A DNA stretch of 64,000 nucleotides from Nitrosopumilaceae archaeon (GTDB lineage: Archaea; Thermoproteota; Nitrososphaeria; Nitrososphaerales; Nitrosopumilaceae), in NCBI GenBank assembly GCA_965207375.1, contig OZ242274.1, forward strand, positions 416,001 through 480,000, written 5' to 3'. Both the position numbers and the translations under genes were made by a program. The notes beneath the pieces were generated by a model that saw only the letters and a program-made list of their open reading frames with translations, made no database searches and had not been told where the DNA came from. Positions 61,255 to 64,000 of the stretch are shown here, one piece after another (the stretch's first letter is position 1; each line of letters opens with the position of its first letter).

Positions 61255-62085
61255 TTAGCAGGAAATTTTTTTGTTTATCTCGCCAAGTATGGTTCTCAGC
61301 ATCTGACCAAGGTCACTTTTTTCTGTATAATCGGGGGAATATAGTCCATAGTTTGTTCTTCTCCCACGTGCAAGCTCGTATGCCTTTTTGGATTTTTGTT
61401 TGTCCATAATACCTATACAATGTCCGCCGTTGCTTCGTACTGCAGAAAAACATGGAATGTCAGTGGGTCCATCTCCGATGTAGATCATGTTCTCAAATGG
61501 AATTCTGCGCTGTTGATTTTTTATCGAATTGTTGACCAAATACGGATATTTTCGCAGATTTTTTCCTGCAATACCCTTGTTAATTGCATAAAGAAATTTT
61601 GTTTTTTCTGTAAATGTTACCGTCGATTTGACAGAATTATATCTGCCGGTTGCAGGATCCACGTCATAGTTTCCTGCAAAAACATCTGTGAACTGTTTTA
61701 CAAATGTGCAGCCTCTGACCAAATCCTCTATGCCGCCTGAAATTATGTATCCCTCTATGTTGATTCCTGACTTTATAAACTCTGAATCATTTGACACCCA
61801 ATGCTGTAATTCTTTTATGAAGGTCTCAGCGCCCTTAAACGGTTTGATGGCAGTAGCTAGCTGTTTTAGTTTTTGGGGTGTATTTTGTTTGATTTTGCCT
61901 TGTTTCATAAGACGTAAGATCTCTCCAAGGTATGCCTGCGGTGGATCCCAGCCTTTTTGTACAAATTTCTCATCAATGTTCTTCCAAAATTGTTCCGTGG
62001 GTATCTTGTTTTGCTCTAGCAAAAAATTTGTCGTATCTGCTGTCAGGGTTCCATCACAATCACAGATTATGGCAACAGTGGGCAT
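61255..62085 (-). CDS. HAD-superfamily hydrolase
   Basis: DCDGTL motif I, ISGG motif II, EKT and YIGDGPTDIPC motif IV. Confidence 0.9.
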   Translation of the reverse strand: MPTVAIICDCDGTLTADTTNFLLEQNKIPTEQFWKNIDEKFVQKGWDPPQAYLGEILRLMKQGKIKQNTPQKLKQLATAIKPFKGAETFIKELQHWVSNDSEFIKSGINIEGYIISGGIEDLVRGCTFVKQFTDVFAGNYDVDPATGRYNSVKSTVTFTEKTKFLYAINKGIAGKNLRKYPYLVNNSIKNQQRRIPFENMIYIGDGPTDIPCFSAVRSNGGHCIGIMDKQKSKKAYELARGRRTNYGLYSPDYTEKSDLGQMLRTILGEINKKISC

Positions 62086-62304
62086 TGTTGCCTCTATGAT
62101 TCATTATAATAAAAAAGGATCCCAAAAAACTAATCGAGTATACGCAAATGAAGGCAGAAAAATTCATCATATATTTCACAGTTTAGTGGAGTTGAAAAGA
62201 GGCTAGGTTCACTGTTCCTGTATATTCAATTCTATACACGATTTACGTAAACTTGTCACGTTAGACCTAAGCTTACATTTTCCCAAATCGCAACATTTTT
62301 AGAA

Positions 62305-62315
62305 CCCCCCCCCCC
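62305..62315 (+). repeat. C11 homopolymer immediately upstream of the surface-protein start
   Basis: AGAA CCCCCCCCCCC GTTAATTTT GTG. Confidence 0.9.
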
Positions 62316-62324
62316 GTTAATTTT

Positions 62325-64000
62325 GTGAAAACATTATACTTTGTAGTTATTATGGCAGTTTCAGTATCATTATTGCTTGGTGTTCAAACACCAGAGGCGT
62401 TCTCAGAGCATGAGTTATGTTGGGACATTAGTTCCCAATCACTGACTAACAAATTCTGTCACCAAGAGGATTCATCCGTTACAATGTCCCCTCAATTTTA
62501 TACAGATGATAAGGAGATTAACAAAGCTCAAGTCACACTAAACAATCCAGCTCACGGCGACCCCTTTACAGTAACTGTAACTCTAGATGAGCCAGCAAAT
62601 GGAACAATAGAATTTAATGTCCAAGTAGATGACTGTCATGCCACTCACGGTAATATCAAGAAAAGTGCAATAAACCTATGCAGTAATACCAATCATGCCA
62701 CAATAGGCGGTAGCACTACCAGTGATTTTGAATATCACACAGTTTACAATAGTGAAACAGATCGTGATGCAACACCTCCAAAAGATCCAATTTACCTTAC
62801 ACTCAAAACCCAAAAGATAACCATCAATAAAGACGCTACATCAGGTACTGCCACATGGAACACATGTACATTATGTGGCCCTACTTCAGGTGAATCATTC
62901 CTAGTCATGGTTTCACCAATAGTACAACGCACTATAGATAACCCATACCTCTATGATTGGATACATCCTGGTACACCACGTGACACAACGTATGGTAGTC
63001 AATCCTATTGGGAAGCGCATCTTGGCAGGGATGTTCCTACAATACGGCTTATTGATGCTAGCGCCCTTAGTGTTGTAGAAGGTTCCCAAATAGGAGTAAT
63101 TTTCGCCTTTAACCCGACAAACACACCAAGTACACTAATTAGATACAGTATTAGTCAAAGCGGGAATTTTCTAGATGCTGTGTCTCCGCCAGGTGTGTAC
63201 AGTACAACAGCTACTCATGGCGTTCCTCATTATGAAAATACTCATGATGATAGTGTACCCGAAGACGATGGCAGTGTCACATTTTCATTACTTCCAAGCA
63301 GTGATTATAATTTAGGTACCCCTCATAGTTTAACATTTACCGTAACTGATAATGACAGGGGCGGTGACATGCTCCAAAGTGGCGTTCCAATACCAGATAG
63401 TCCAATACCTGAAATTGATCCTGCAGTAATAGACGGTGCAAGGCTAATGGCAGAACAAACTCATCTTGGTGCAGATCACGTTGACAGATGGAATAGGGTC
63501 TTGGCAGCATTTGGAGTGACACAACATGATAATCCTATGACAGCAGATGAGGCTCTGGCCAATGTATCAAAATACAATAATGCATTTTGGCAGTTGGTAG
63601 CCGCAGAAATAAAGAAATTAGAGACTTACTTTGATACGGTCTCACAGCAGCCACAGCAGCAAAATGCAACACAAAATACACCACAGCAACCACAGGAAAT
63701 ACACGTACCACAGATTAATCACACATCAAATATCGCACAAGATACACCGATAATTGTACCAGAATCTATACCAATACCTACAGCTGACCCAGAACTAATT
63801 GAAGATATAAAGTACCTAGCAAGTCAAGTACATCACGGTCACCAACATGTTGACAGATGGAATAGAGCACTTGCAGCATTTGGAGTGATACAACATGATA
63901 ATCCACTTACTGCAGCAGAGGCTCAGGCAAATACAAAGAAATATTCTAGTCCATTATGGGTCAAGATTGCAAATATCTTACAAGAGCGTGAGGCTGCAAT
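62325..64000 (+). CDS. Large secreted surface protein with Calx-beta-like domain and HVDRWNR repeats (partial, runs off the window end)
   Basis: Open frame from GTG 62325: signal peptide MKTLYFVVIMAVSVSLLLGVQTPEAFS; SVVEG...THDDSVPEDDGSVTFSL...FTVTDND; two HVDRWNRxLAAFGVxQHDNPxTAxEA repeats. Confidence 0.85.
   Translation, partial: MKTLYFVVIMAVSVSLLLGVQTPEAFSEHELCWDISSQSLTNKFCHQEDSSVTMSPQFYTDDKEINKAQVTLNNPAHGDPFTVTVTLDEPANGTIEFNVQVDDCHATHGNIKKSAINLCSNTNHATIGGSTTSDFEYHTVYNSETDRDATPPKDPIYLTLKTQKITINKDATSGTATWNTCTLCGPTSGESFLVMVSPIVQRTIDNPYLYDWIHPGTPRDTTYGSQSYWEAHLGRDVPTIRLIDASALSVVEGSQIGVIFAFNPTNTPSTLIRYSISQSGNFLDAVSPPGVYSTTATHGVPHYENTHDDSVPEDDGSVTFSLLPSSDYNLGTPHSLTFTVTDNDRGGDMLQSGVPIPDSPIPEIDPAVIDGARLMAEQTHLGADHVDRWNRVLAAFGVTQHDNPMTADEALANVSKYNNAFWQLVAAEIKKLETYFDTVSQQPQQQNATQNTPQQPQEIHVPQINHTSNIAQDTPIIVPESIPIPTADPELIEDIKYLASQVHHGHQHVDRWNRALAAFGVIQHDNPLTAAEAQANTKKYSSPLWVKIANILQEREAA

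Overview
Chromosomal window from an ammonia-oxidizing archaeon (Thaumarchaeota/Nitrososphaeria, most likely Nitrosopumilaceae). The assignment rests on PEFG-CTERM and CFI-box-CTERM surface proteins, TFE, aTrm56, Nep1, eS19, the split A-type ATP synthase locus and an Amt transporter. Most of it is core housekeeping: UbiD, NAC, PhoU, HflX, riboflavin operon, class II RNR, thiolase/DUF35, a copper-handling cluster, pyrBI, ATP synthase, amt, pyrH, an HD hydrolase, tmk and tRNA-Gly(TCC). Accessory or decayed parts are a nested IS pile at 7.9-11.0 kb (IS5-family element with TIRs and an AAG duplication inside a dead IS66), remnants of a NikR-regulated metal ABC transporter locus at 38.5-39.3 kb, and an island at the right edge. 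The island carries a ribosomal-protein-eS27/PIN-nuclease fusion, a HAD hydrolase and a large Calx-beta/repeat surface protein behind a C11 tract. Best leads: (i) the eS27-PIN fusion, (ii) a wHTH + ATP-cone + glycyl-radical-less class III RNR-like protein upstream of nrdJ, (iii) a candidate small RNA carrying an anti-Shine-Dalgarno sequence near 51.3 kb. All calls come from reading motifs by eye; no database search was run.
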